A stretch of 64,000 nucleotides of DNA, taken from the IMG/VR virus record IMGVR_UViG_3300044825_001572, positions 1-64,000 of that record; one strand, given 5' to 3'. Each line of letters begins with the position of its first letter. The stretch's first letter is position 1. Under the pieces are notes generated by a model. That model saw nothing but the letters and a program-made list of their open reading frames with translations, was not told the DNA's origin and made no database searches. The DNA comes from a virus. The translations under genes were made by a program, and so were the position numbers. Of the stretch, positions 25,687 to 36,209 are shown one piece after another.

Positions 25687-26997
25687 TTAGCGAGTTAATG
25701 CTTGCAATTGTTGGTCTGGAAGACGTTTTGGAAAGTATGTGAGACGGGAGATTGTTCCATTATACCACCAACCTCCATCAATACCTCTACCAATCCACAA
25801 TCTATCAAGTGTCGTCGGAGTAATAACTGTTATATCTACTAATGGGGGTATTCCATCATATGATACTGCGAAATTATTAAAAGAGTATCTAAATGCGGCT
25901 TTAAATTTTTGTAAGGATATGGTTGAGTTGCTAACTACAGTGGTCTGAATAAGGTCATTAGATTGAATATAAGAAGAATATGTAGAAGAATTTGAATTTT
26001 TTGCTAAACTAATATAGTTAACAGTACTTCCTGATGATGAATAAAATACTCCTGCTCTAGTACCTGGTGGGTGAGTTCCATAATTACTTCTAGAAATTGT
26101 AAAATAAGACCCTTCATCCTGCCTATACCAACTACTAAAGTTACTACCAGTTATTCGAGCATCATCTGCTGCTCTGGTTCTTGTGGAACCTACAGTTGGT
26201 ATATAGGATGTTGGAAAAGAGCCTACTTCTAGTTGAGAGCCCCATAGGTAGATTCCTGAAGATCCATTTCCAGTATATCCAATATCAAAAGCACCTCCAC
26301 TACCAATAAGATACATAGTAACCACACCATCAGTATTATTGCCTATATTTCCAGAAACGGAAATTCGATACCAATCATTTGGATATCTTTCAATAGATGT
26401 ATTGTTTAATGTTCCGCCAACAGTATTGGGGTCGGGAGTTACTACCTGTGTTCTCAGATTAAATGATGCACCAAATCTTGTACTATAATCGCTTTTCCTT
26501 ACGTGTATCATTATAGAAGTTCTTTCTGCTGCCTTTACAAAAACTGAAAACGTATATGTGTTATTTGCAATAGCAGTAAAACTTCTTGCTAATATTTTAT
26601 GATTAGTATTGGTATTTTCTATAAACTTGTCTGCAGTAGAATTTCCATCTGGTGCAGTTACTACATTTGCATCAACTCTAGCTGAATTTATCTTAATCCA
26701 ATAAGCATCATTAAACTCTTCACTTCTCTGTAATAAATTCTGTCTACTTTCCTCAATAAGTAACCCTAAACTCTCACCAGTCATAGGATCGTGGTCAAAT
26801 CTAGGTTCATTAACTCCAGCATACTTAATAAGTCCATCAACACCAACATAAGATGCTCCACTTGCTCTAGTATAAGTAATCCTAGGATCTAAAGTTTTAC
26901 TATTAGCAAAATCTAAATCCAAAGTAGGTCTTATACTTGGAAAATTATTGACTGATGACTTATTAGTTCCTGGTCTAAAAACTGCCATATCAAGCAA
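25687..26997 (-). CDS. adhesin-like virion protein, paralog 3
   Basis: Same conserved blocks; likely start MAVFRP at 26988. Confidence 0.75.
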   Translation of the reverse strand: MLDMAVFRPGTNKSSVNNFPSIRPTLDLDFANSKTLDPRITYTRASGASYVGVDGLIKYAGVNEPRFDHDPMTGESLGLLIEESRQNLLQRSEEFNDAYWIKINSARVDANVVTAPDGNSTADKFIENTNTNHKILARSFTAIANNTYTFSVFVKAAERTSIMIHVRKSDYSTRFGASFNLRTQVVTPDPNTVGGTLNNTSIERYPNDWYRISVSGNIGNNTDGVVTMYLIGSGGAFDIGYTGNGSSGIYLWGSQLEVGSFPTSYIPTVGSTRTRAADDARITGSNFSSWYRQDEGSYFTISRSNYGTHPPGTRAGVFYSSSGSTVNYISLAKNSNSSTYSSYIQSNDLIQTTVVSNSTISLQKFKAAFRYSFNNFAVSYDGIPPLVDITVITPTTLDRLWIGRGIDGGWWYNGTISRLTYFPKRLPDQQLQALTR

Positions 26998-27313
26998 ATA
27001 CTCTATAAGGATTGTTAGGAGTTACAATAAATTCTTTGAGTGCTTCTGGAAGACCACCTTGAAGAATTATATTAATATGCCAACCATCCAGTTTGGTCGG
27101 TGGTGTGATGGCTTCCCCAGTTTCTAAATCATAAACACCATCATTTCTATAAATCTCACCAACAATATCAATATCGCCTACTTGGTCAGTAACTGTATAG
27201 AAAGTTTGTTCTACACCATCAAAGGTTTCGGTTCTCTTATAACCAACTTCTTCAAGTTTGGTTTCTGCTTCTTCTTGGGAATTAAAACGAAGATAATAAG
27301 TTTGATAGGTCAT
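26990..27313 (-). CDS. small adhesin-associated protein 2
   Basis: YYLRF..QEEA...IDIVGEIY...PPTKLDGWHIN...VTPNNPYRVF. Confidence 0.7.
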   Translation of the reverse strand: MTYQTYYLRFNSQEEAETKLEEVGYKRTETFDGVEQTFYTVTDQVGDIDIVGEIYRNDGVYDLETGEAITPPTKLDGWHINIILQGGLPEALKEFIVTPNNPYRVFA

Positions 27314-27325
27314 AGTGTTTTTTGA

Positions 27326-28591
27326 CTATTTAGTGAGGTTGATTAATTGATTATCTGGAAGTCTTGATGGATAGTAGGTTAGTTGGGAGATTGTTCCTCC
27401 CCAATAATTACCTATTCCCATTCCAATAAGAAGTTGATTTACTCCGACAGGCATCTCAACTGAAGTATCAGTAGTTGTAAGAGTTCCATTTCCTCCAAAA
27501 GTGGAATCATTTTTTTTGAGTGCTTGTATCATTTTAAATTGCGAAGTGGTTGGAACATTTATTGCTACATATGGTGTTTGATTTACACCACCAGAACCTA
27601 TACTAAAATTTGTAAGTTGAGGACTATCTTTTGCACCATAAAAAGCAATATTATTATTAATAGTTCCATCCCATATTCGTGCAAGGTTTGGAAATGCCAA
27701 AAAGTTTCCACTATAATTTCTTCTTGCTGCAATCATTAAAGTCCATTCTGTTGGATTATACCAACTACTAAAATTACTTCCAGTTATACTTGCGTTATCT
27801 GGTGTGCGAGTTGCTGTGGAACCTGATGTTGGTATATAGGATGTTGGGAAGGACCCTTGTTCTAGTTGAGCGCCCCAGATGTAGATACCTGATGTTCCAT
27901 CTCCTGTATAAATGACATTTCCTGAAGAATCTAATGGTGAAATTGTTGGAATATTAGTGGTATTTACGGAACCTTTTGTTGTTGTTATCGAACATCTATA
28001 CCAACCATTAGGATATTGAGTTATTGTTGCTGCAGTATTTGTGTAATCTGTGTTATCTGAACTTATTGCAATAATTACTCCAGTTGACAAGTTAAAAGTT
28101 GCATTTGCTGAAGTAGTGAAAAAATTACTTAATTGCAATAAAATTTTATCTCTTCCCGCAGATTTACAAAAAACGCTAAATGTTACTGTTTCATTACTTC
28201 CTGTTCTGGATTGATAAACTGCGTGTTGGCTATTAGTTGTATCTTCTACTATTTTTTCTGCATTATTACTTCCATCTGGTGCTGTAGTTGCTGTGGTATT
28301 TGTTGCAATTCCTACAGCACTTTTAACCCAAGAAGTGTTATTAAATTCTTCACTTCTTAGTAATAAATTCTGCCTCTGCTCCTCCACCAACAATCCCAAA
28401 CACTCACCAGTAACAGGGTCGTGGTCAAATCTTGGAGAATTTGCAGGTGCAATTTTAATTAATCCATTCTCATCAATATAAGTTGCACTAGAAGTTCTTG
28501 TGAAAGTAATTCTAGGATCTAGAGTTTTAGACCTTGCAAAGTTAAGATTGAGAGATGGTCTGGTGGATGGGAAGTTTTGTGATATACTCAT
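27326..28591 (-). CDS. adhesin-like virion protein, paralog 4
   Basis: Same conserved blocks. Confidence 0.75.
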   Translation of the reverse strand: MSISQNFPSTRPSLNLNFARSKTLDPRITFTRTSSATYIDENGLIKIAPANSPRFDHDPVTGECLGLLVEEQRQNLLLRSEEFNNTSWVKSAVGIATNTTATTAPDGSNNAEKIVEDTTNSQHAVYQSRTGSNETVTFSVFCKSAGRDKILLQLSNFFTTSANATFNLSTGVIIAISSDNTDYTNTAATITQYPNGWYRCSITTTKGSVNTTNIPTISPLDSSGNVIYTGDGTSGIYIWGAQLEQGSFPTSYIPTSGSTATRTPDNASITGSNFSSWYNPTEWTLMIAARRNYSGNFLAFPNLARIWDGTINNNIAFYGAKDSPQLTNFSIGSGGVNQTPYVAINVPTTSQFKMIQALKKNDSTFGGNGTLTTTDTSVEMPVGVNQLLIGMGIGNYWGGTISQLTYYPSRLPDNQLINLTK

Positions 28592-28595
28592 AGTC

Positions 28596-29756
28596 TTACT
28601 TTGTTAGGTTTTGAAGGATTTGGTTAGATAGTCTTCGTGGGTAGTAGGTGAGTTGAGATATTGTTCCATTAAATAAAGATCCACTTGCAGAAGAACCAAT
28701 TCTCAATCTATTAATATTTGAAATTGTTGAAGAATATGTATTAGTTAATGTATTACTTCCATTATAAGAAGAACCATAATCTCCTGCTTTATATGCACCT
28801 ACCCATTTTGATACTCTACTGGAAGTTCTATCTAATGTCGTTACTACTGCAGATCCTGAACTAAAAGTTAAAAATCTTGCAGTAGATCCCACAGAATGGA
28901 AGAATATCATTCTATTTGATGATGTATTATCATTAAATTCTGCGACTGCTTGATCTCCAGATGCTATAGGAATATTATAATTTATTAAAGAAGTACCCTC
29001 ACTTTGATTATACCAACTTGAGAAGTTCTCACCGACTATAGAGGCATTATCTGCGGTTCTGGTTGCTGTGGAGTTCGTTGTTGGTATATAGGATGTTGGG
29101 AAGGAACCTTCTTCTAATTGTGCTCCCCAAAATACAACAGATTTTGAAGTGCCATCCGAAGAATTCGCAAATCCAATATTTGATCCACCTGCCGTTGATG
29201 TTGCAGTAAAAGTATAGGTATATCTTTTCCACGTTTCATCCACAGCAATATTATCGCTATAAACACCAATAGAAGTATTCCAATATTTAAATCTAAACTG
29301 ACTAGACCCAGAAACAGATCTAGCCCAGACTGATAATGTATATGTAGTTCCGTTTGTGATAAACGCCGTATTATGATTTACATCTGAAAATTGGTTATTG
29401 GAAAATGTAACAATATCTGCAGTTAGAGTTCCACTTGGAGATATTATTGAATTTGTAGTTAATGAAGTTATAAGAAACTGTGACCAAAATGTAGATAAAT
29501 CCTCACTATGAAATAATAAATTACTCCTACTCTCCTCAATCAACAATCCCAAAGATCTCACAGTACCACTCACAGGATCATAAGAATGGTCAAATCTTGG
29601 AGTATTTGCAGGAACCACCTCAATCAATCCTTTACCATTTACTCTGGTTGCAGATGAAGTTCTTATGAATGTAATGCGTGGGTCTAAGGTTTTAGACCTT
29701 GTAAAATTCAAGCAAAGTGATGGTGAAATTGCTGGGAAGTTTTGTTGGATACTCAT
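28596..29756 (-). CDS. adhesin-like virion protein, paralog 5
   Basis: Same conserved blocks; shorter central domain. Confidence 0.75.
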   Translation of the reverse strand: MSIQQNFPAISPSLCLNFTRSKTLDPRITFIRTSSATRVNGKGLIEVVPANTPRFDHSYDPVSGTVRSLGLLIEESRSNLLFHSEDLSTFWSQFLITSLTTNSIISPSGTLTADIVTFSNNQFSDVNHNTAFITNGTTYTLSVWARSVSGSSQFRFKYWNTSIGVYSDNIAVDETWKRYTYTFTATSTAGGSNIGFANSSDGTSKSVVFWGAQLEEGSFPTSYIPTTNSTATRTADNASIVGENFSSWYNQSEGTSLINYNIPIASGDQAVAEFNDNTSSNRMIFFHSVGSTARFLTFSSGSAVVTTLDRTSSRVSKWVGAYKAGDYGSSYNGSNTLTNTYSSTISNINRLRIGSSASGSLFNGTISQLTYYPRRLSNQILQNLTK

Positions 29757-31063
29757 TTTGTTAAGGATACAAGTTGAGAATTTGGAAGTCTTGTTGGATA
29801 GTAAATAAACTGTCTTATATGACCGTTTAAATAAGATGCAAACACTCCTTCCAATCCAAAAACTATTCTGTTGAATGTTGTTGGTAATACATCTGGGACG
29901 CCTGATGCAAAATCTGCAGTATATAAATCTCCATCAACGGAAATAATCATATTATTTGTTTTTATTGCTAGTGCCTTTTTAACTAATCTATTAATATATG
30001 TCTCATTTTTTCCAACCAAAAAGTTAGTAGTATTATTTTGAATAACTGAAAATAATGGAATTTGGTTTATATTTTGCCAACCTACTATTCTATCTAAAGG
30101 AGGTACTTCTGGACTCATAATTGCAAAATCTGTAGAATTTCCAGCATTAGTCGGTTTATATGTACTATAATTTGATATTATAGTACCTTCTGTCTGATTA
30201 TACCAACTACTAAAATTACTTCCAGCCATACTTGCATTATCTGCAGTTCTTGTTGCTGTGGAGTTCGTTGTTGATACATAGGATGTTGGGAAGGAACCTT
30301 GTTCTAGTTGAGCACCCCAGATATAATATCCATTTGAAGTGTTCCCAACAAATCCAGGAAATACTCCAGAAGTACCAGAAGTTATAGAATTGACTGAAAG
30401 TCTAGCAAGAGTTGATGTAGTTCCAGCAGTACCTGTAACTGATAATCTATACCATCCATTTGGGAATGATGATATACCTGCATTTATTCCAGAACCACTT
30501 CCATAATTTAAACTAGTAGTTACGCCAACTGTAGATAAATTAAAATTAGCATAACTACCATTTGTAGTAGCATTATCATCAAAAACTAATTGAACGAATT
30601 GTTTATTTATTGGTTTTACAAAAATTGAAAAAGTATAAACTGTATTTGAACTTATTCCTATTGCATTAAATGTATTATTAATGTGGATATTATTATCAGT
30701 AGTTTCTAATATTTTGTCCGAGTTATAACTTCCATCAGGAGCGATTGTTTCTGTAGTATTGAATGAAGTAGTAAATCCAGCTCTAGTCCACCTAGAATTT
30801 GAAAAATCCTCACTCCAACTGACCAAATTACTTCTACTTTCCTCAATCAACAATCCCAAACTCTCAACTTCTCCAGTTGTAAGATTATAAAGATGATCAA
30901 ACCTTGGAGTATTCGCAGGAACTACCTCAATTAATCCTTCCCTACCCATTACAGTAGCACTAGAAGTCCTAGTGAAAGTAATTCTGGGATCTAATGTGCG
31001 ACTTCCCGCAAAGTTAAGATTTAAAGTAGGTCCTTCATCTGGGAAGTTTTGCTGTATCGCCAT
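29753..31063 (-). CDS. adhesin-like virion protein, paralog 6
   Basis: Same conserved blocks. Confidence 0.75.
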   Translation of the reverse strand: MAIQQNFPDEGPTLNLNFAGSRTLDPRITFTRTSSATVMGREGLIEVVPANTPRFDHLYNLTTGEVESLGLLIEESRSNLVSWSEDFSNSRWTRAGFTTSFNTTETIAPDGSYNSDKILETTDNNIHINNTFNAIGISSNTVYTFSIFVKPINKQFVQLVFDDNATTNGSYANFNLSTVGVTTSLNYGSGSGINAGISSFPNGWYRLSVTGTAGTTSTLARLSVNSITSGTSGVFPGFVGNTSNGYYIWGAQLEQGSFPTSYVSTTNSTATRTADNASMAGSNFSSWYNQTEGTIISNYSTYKPTNAGNSTDFAIMSPEVPPLDRIVGWQNINQIPLFSVIQNNTTNFLVGKNETYINRLVKKALAIKTNNMIISVDGDLYTADFASGVPDVLPTTFNRIVFGLEGVFASYLNGHIRQFIYYPTRLPNSQLVSLTK

Positions 31064-34000
31064 CTAACCTAATTTCTCCTTTAGAATATTTATCTGGTTC
31101 TGCTGTTCCTTTACAACTTCTATAAGTAATCCAATCAAACCATTATAGTTTACAGTTTTAGTTTCTTCCCCATTTACGAGTTCTGGTAAAACTTTTTCAA
31201 TATCTTGAGCTATAACTCCCATAGAAGATTTACCAGTTTCTTTCCAGTCAAAAGAAACTCCAGTAATATTTAGAATTTTATCTATTGGATTTTCTATTGG
31301 TTTAATATTCTCTTTGAGTCTTATGTCTGATGCTGAGTTGAAATCTGTAGATGTAGTAACTCCAGTAATTAGAGCATCACCTTGTATATGAAGTCTTGAT
31401 GTTGGATTTGCGGTTCCTATCCCAAGATTACCAGAAACATAAGCACCACCAGTTACTTGAAGTGGTTGTGATGCGGTTCCTGTTGAACTTACAGAACCAA
31501 CTAAAATATTTGATCCATCAATTGCAAGAGAAGCATTAGTTGCTTGACGATTAAATAAAAATCTTCCAGAAAATTCTGATCTAAAAATAATATCTCCCTG
31601 TGCAGCATTATTTGCATACTGTCCTGGAGCGCCCGCTACTGCAATCGTCAAATCTCCATTATTTCTACCAACAGAAATTCCAGTATTGGAGGTTGAAAAT
31701 CCACTTCTTAATAGAAGTCCGAGATCACCACTTCTTGTTATTGCAACAAAATTCCCATCATAAGAAAGATTAGAAGATGTTGTTGTAGTATTAGTTGCGC
31801 TATTGTAAAGAATTCTGTTTGCTGCACCTACAACATTTGTGGAAGTTGTTGCAGTTCCTGTAAGATTACCTACAAAAGTAGTTGCAGTTGCTACACCAGA
31901 AACATTCAGTTGTCCTAATGTTCCAACAGAAGTGAGTGATGAATTAATAACTCCACTTCCAAGAGTTGTGGAACTTAAGACTGAAGTTCCATTAATTTCA
32001 TACTGCTTACCAGAAACTAGGTTCCAATCTTCACTTGAAGTTAATGCTCCCGCAGTATTATTCCAAGTGATTGTCTTACGAATTCCAGTAGAACCGATAC
32101 CAATTCCAGCACCATCAAGAAGTGCATTAGTTCCTACTGTTGTTGCAATACCAACATTAAAGTCTGCAAGTTCAATAGTTGAAGAATTAACAATAAACTG
32201 AGTACCATCTACATATAAGTCACCTTTAATTCTTACTGCACCTGTATCATCACCAACAACTGCAGGGTCAATAATTAATGTTGAAGGACCATAAATTGAA
32301 CCAGTAAGTTTAATATTTCCTACAACATCCAATTTTTCTGTTGGATTTGTTGTTCCTATTCCAATATTTCCAGAACTATTTCCATAAATCCAATTTACAC
32401 CATTACTTCCAATTGCAAGTTGTGTAGATCCACCAGGTATTGCAGGTTCAGCACTAAAACCTACTGCAACATTATAAGAACCTGTAACATTATATCCTGC
32501 ATAAGAACCTAGAAAAACATTTCCATTTCCAGTATTATTAACAAATCCTGCAAGAGAACCTATGAAAATATTTTCACTTCCATCACTATTATTATATCCA
32601 GACTGTTCTCCTATGAAATTATTATAAGATCCATCAAAATTTGTATATCCTGCAGAATTTCCTAAAAAGTTATTTCCTGTTCCACTATTATTTGTATATC
32701 CAACCTGATAACCTAAAAAGTTATTGTAATTTCCACCAATATTACTATACCCCACCTGATAACCTATGAAGTTATTATTATATCCAGTAATAGCAAGTTC
32801 TCCAGCACCAACTCCTGCAAAAAAATTATAATCTCCATCAATAGAAGTATTGGTAGTACTATCACCAAGTCTTATATTAGTACCATTAAACCCAATAGTT
32901 CCATCAACTTCAAGTTTTACTGTTGGATTTGTGCTTCCTATACCAACAGAACCACTAGAAGTAATTACAAAAGCACTTGAATCTGGATTTGCACTATCTT
33001 CAACAACTAATGCATTACCAGTTCCTGTTTGTGTGATTCTTAAGGCATCATTAGAACTATTAACTGATATTGTTGCAATTCCAGAAGATTGAAGTCCTTG
33101 TGTCTGAAGAATACCAAAGACCGTTGCACCATATCCAGTAGTTTCAAATTCTTTTACATTATCAAAATAGAGTCCTACTGGTCCATTTGAAATAAAACTT
33201 GCTTTTGTTTCCGAACCAGCAGCATTTGTAATAAGAACATTATTATCGCCAGTAAGATATAAATTTCCTGTTCCAAAATCTCCAATAATACTATTTCCAC
33301 CATCATGATAAATTCTTAAATCATTACCATCGCCAAAATATAAAATATCATTATCACCAAAGTAAGCAGAAGTTCCAAAACTTACGGCACCTGTGAATGT
33401 GGTGATTCCAAGTGTTGAAACACCAGAAGAATTAATGTTTGTTAAAGTAACATTGGTGCTATTCAGACTTGTAATCGTACCAACGCCAGTATAATTTAGA
33501 TTAGTTCCAGAAATGTTAGTAACAATACCAGTTACAATATTACCTGTTGTAAAGTTACCAGTCGTATAAGTTGCTGTTGTTCCAGATAGAGTTGGAATTG
33601 TACCAACACCAGAAGAATTAATGTTTCTTATAACTGCTAAATCATTTTGGGTAAATTGAACATTACCAACAGCAAGGTGAGTTCTTGTTGGGAATTGAGT
33701 AGATCCAATACCTACCGCATAGTTAATCAACCAAGCATCTGTATTGAGACCAGCAAAGGAACCGGACTTGAACCACATAATTTTCTTATATGTGGGAAGT
33801 GTTGATTCTCCAATACCAGGATTGTAAATTGAAACTAATGGACTACCTTCTGTTGATGCGACAGAAATACCGCCATGATTTGCTGTTGTATCATTAGAAA
33901 CATCATTATTATTTGAATCTGTTCTAAATCCAAGAACAATATCAGGGTCAGAGACTTTCAGTTCAGTCGTGAATAAAGTAGCAGAAGTTCCACCAATCGT

Positions 34001-36160
34001 AATATTACCAGTAACGTTTAAGTTACGATTAACTTGTAGGTCTCTAGTAACTGTTACATCTTGAGGGGCAGTAAATTGTGATGGGATACTTAATGTTGGT
34101 GTTGAACCCTCACCAGTTCCACTTGTTACTGTAATTTGATTTGATGTTCCAGAAATTGACTGAACATAATCACCAGTAGTATCTGTACCAAGTCCAACTG
34201 AGTTTGGTTGAATTGTTGCTGCTAATGATACATTACCAGTACCATCAAAACTAATTGCTGATGCAACAACGTCACCCGTAATTTCAAAAGTTCTTGGAGT
34301 TACTAATCGTGTTGCGGAACCAGCAATACCAGTTAATGAACCTACAAATGTTGTTGCTGTGACGACACCAGTAACTAATGTATCTCCGGATACGTGAAGT
34401 CTAGATGTTGGATTTGTGGTTCCAATACCAACCCTTTGAGTAGAGTTATTAACAACAAACCAAGTATTTGCCGAACTTCTACCTTCAAATGATACAATTT
34501 CGCTGGAACTTCTTGTGAATCTAAATGTGTCTCCACCACCACTACCAGAATCATTTATTGCTTGAAAATAAAATGTTTCATTATTTGCACCAACATTCCA
34601 GTTTCTATTGTTAGTTGTCGCATCTTCATCAACAAATCTAATAACAGGATCAACTGATTGTAAATGTAGTTCTTCTCTTGGATTTGTGGTTCCAATTCCA
34701 ACCCAACCATACCCACCACCTTTAATTACAAAAGCACTTGAATCTGGATTTGCACTATCTTCAACTACAAAAGCATTACCAGAACCAGATTGAGTAATTC
34801 TTAATGCATCGTTAGAACTATTGACCGATATTGTTGCAATTCCAGAAACATTTAATTGCGTTGATGTTAAATTAGTTAATGTGGTAATTCCAGAAGAATT
34901 TATATTTGTTAATGTTGCATTACTGCTAGTTAAAGAAGTGATTACTCCAGATAAAATATTTGCAGTATTATAGTTTAATGTAGTACCCGAAATCGTTGTT
35001 GCTGTATTAACTCCAGAAGAATTTAAATTTCCAGTAATATTACCAAAAAATGTTGTTGCTGTGACGACACCAGTAACTAATGTATCTCCGGATACGTGAA
35101 GTCTAGATGTTGGATTTAAAACATTTATTCCAACATTTCCAGTTGAACTTACTCGTAATCTCCTAGTGTTTGCAGTAAATATATCAAAATTTCCAAGTTC
35201 TCCTGAAGTTTGTCCCGCACTTATAGATACAGTTCCAGAGCCTCTGTTTAAAATTTGTAATCCGCCATCATCAGTTCCATTTCGTATTAATCTAGCTTGA
35301 TAGTCTGTATATAAAAGTTGTGGAAAATTCCCCCCACCAAAATCAATATATTTGGGAAGATCTGTATTTCCCATACCTATTTCAAATGATCTTCCATTAT
35401 CTGCCCCCATTCTAGTAACAGAATTATTAAATGAATTTGCTACTATCCATTCAGTATCATAAAATGTAAAAGTATTAAATATTTGACTATCACTATCAGA
35501 ATAAAATGGAATAAATGGATTTGTGGTACCTATTCCTATTCCATATCTTGTTTGAGTTACAGCAATTCCAGAAACATTATAACCAGAAGCTTCTCCTTTC
35601 AATGTAGTGATTAAATTGTATGTTCCTCCAATAGATACATTTAAATTTCCATTTATAACGGAATTACCATTAACCTGAAATGTTGATTGTGGATTTGTGG
35701 TTCCTATTCCAACAAAACCACTTGAGTTTACAGTTACATCATCTTCTCCACCACCATCTCTTCTTAAACCATTAGGACTAAAATCATCTAAGAATGCTAA
35801 TTGTCCTAAGTATTGATTGAGTGGTACTTGAGATGCTCCATAACCAACATCTGCTTGAGTTACTACATTCCAATATTGACCTCCGTATAATTCAGTAATA
35901 GTTCCACCAACTGCTAGAGTTGATTGTGGATTTGTGGTTCCTATACCAACATTTCCATCATTATAATATACACTACCACCAGGATTTTCGGTCCAAACGT
36001 TCAATAGTGTAACGGTAGTTCCTATTCCAACAGCTTCTTTCTTTGTGAATAGTCTACCATCATTTGTATTGAGTGCTAGTTCCCCCAGTTCTACTTGATT
36101 AGTAGAAGGTCTCTTCCCTGGAACAGCAGAACGCTTAAACTTTATGTAATTTGTTGCCAT
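31064..36160 (-). CDS. long tail fibre with C-terminal intramolecular chaperone (peptidase S74-type)
   Basis: N-terminal KRS...GELALNT.DGRLF; VGIGTTNP repeats; NNF.G..AG repeats; SDIRLKENI...GVIAQD.EK..PELV. Confidence 0.85.
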   Translation of the reverse strand: MATNYIKFKRSAVPGKRPSTNQVELGELALNTNDGRLFTKKEAVGIGTTVTLLNVWTENPGGSVYYNDGNVGIGTTNPQSTLAVGGTITELYGGQYWNVVTQADVGYGASQVPLNQYLGQLAFLDDFSPNGLRRDGGGEDDVTVNSSGFVGIGTTNPQSTFQVNGNSVINGNLNVSIGGTYNLITTLKGEASGYNVSGIAVTQTRYGIGIGTTNPFIPFYSDSDSQIFNTFTFYDTEWIVANSFNNSVTRMGADNGRSFEIGMGNTDLPKYIDFGGGNFPQLLYTDYQARLIRNGTDDGGLQILNRGSGTVSISAGQTSGELGNFDIFTANTRRLRVSSTGNVGINVLNPTSRLHVSGDTLVTGVVTATTFFGNITGNLNSSGVNTATTISGTTLNYNTANILSGVITSLTSSNATLTNINSSGITTLTNLTSTQLNVSGIATISVNSSNDALRITQSGSGNAFVVEDSANPDSSAFVIKGGGYGWVGIGTTNPREELHLQSVDPVIRFVDEDATTNNRNWNVGANNETFYFQAINDSGSGGGDTFRFTRSSSEIVSFEGRSSANTWFVVNNSTQRVGIGTTNPTSRLHVSGDTLVTGVVTATTFVGSLTGIAGSATRLVTPRTFEITGDVVASAISFDGTGNVSLAATIQPNSVGLGTDTTGDYVQSISGTSNQITVTSGTGEGSTPTLSIPSQFTAPQDVTVTRDLQVNRNLNVTGNITIGGTSATLFTTELKVSDPDIVLGFRTDSNNNDVSNDTTANHGGISVASTEGSPLVSIYNPGIGESTLPTYKKIMWFKSGSFAGLNTDAWLINYAVGIGSTQFPTRTHLAVGNVQFTQNDLAVIRNINSSGVGTIPTLSGTTATYTTGNFTTGNIVTGIVTNISGTNLNYTGVGTITSLNSTNVTLTNINSSGVSTLGITTFTGAVSFGTSAYFGDNDILYFGDGNDLRIYHDGGNSIIGDFGTGNLYLTGDNNVLITNAAGSETKASFISNGPVGLYFDNVKEFETTGYGATVFGILQTQGLQSSGIATISVNSSNDALRITQTGTGNALVVEDSANPDSSAFVITSSGSVGIGSTNPTVKLEVDGTIGFNGTNIRLGDSTTNTSIDGDYNFFAGVGAGELAITGYNNNFIGYQVGYSNIGGNYNNFLGYQVGYTNNSGTGNNFLGNSAGYTNFDGSYNNFIGEQSGYNNSDGSENIFIGSLAGFVNNTGNGNVFLGSYAGYNVTGSYNVAVGFSAEPAIPGGSTQLAIGSNGVNWIYGNSSGNIGIGTTNPTEKLDVVGNIKLTGSIYGPSTLIIDPAVVGDDTGAVRIKGDLYVDGTQFIVNSSTIELADFNVGIATTVGTNALLDGAGIGIGSTGIRKTITWNNTAGALTSSEDWNLVSGKQYEINGTSVLSSTTLGSGVINSSLTSVGTLGQLNVSGVATATTFVGNLTGTATTSTNVVGAANRILYNSATNTTTTSSNLSYDGNFVAITRSGDLGLLLRSGFSTSNTGISVGRNNGDLTIAVAGAPGQYANNAAQGDIIFRSEFSGRFLFNRQATNASLAIDGSNILVGSVSSTGTASQPLQVTGGAYVSGNLGIGTANPTSRLHIQGDALITGVTTSTDFNSASDIRLKENIKPIENPIDKILNITGVSFDWKETGKSSMGVIAQDIEKVLPELVNGEETKTVNYNGLIGLLIEVVKEQQNQINILKEKLG

Positions 36161-36209
36161 AATCCTGGTATATACCTAAATTAAAAGCTTATATAAGCCT
36201 TTTCACTAT

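Noticed and set aside
19385-31063. Diversity-generating retroelement or invertase shufflon behind the adhesin paralogs
   Set aside because: No reverse transcriptase or recombinase in the window; all paralogs are co-oriented full genes; no template/variable repeat pair differing only at adenines was seen.
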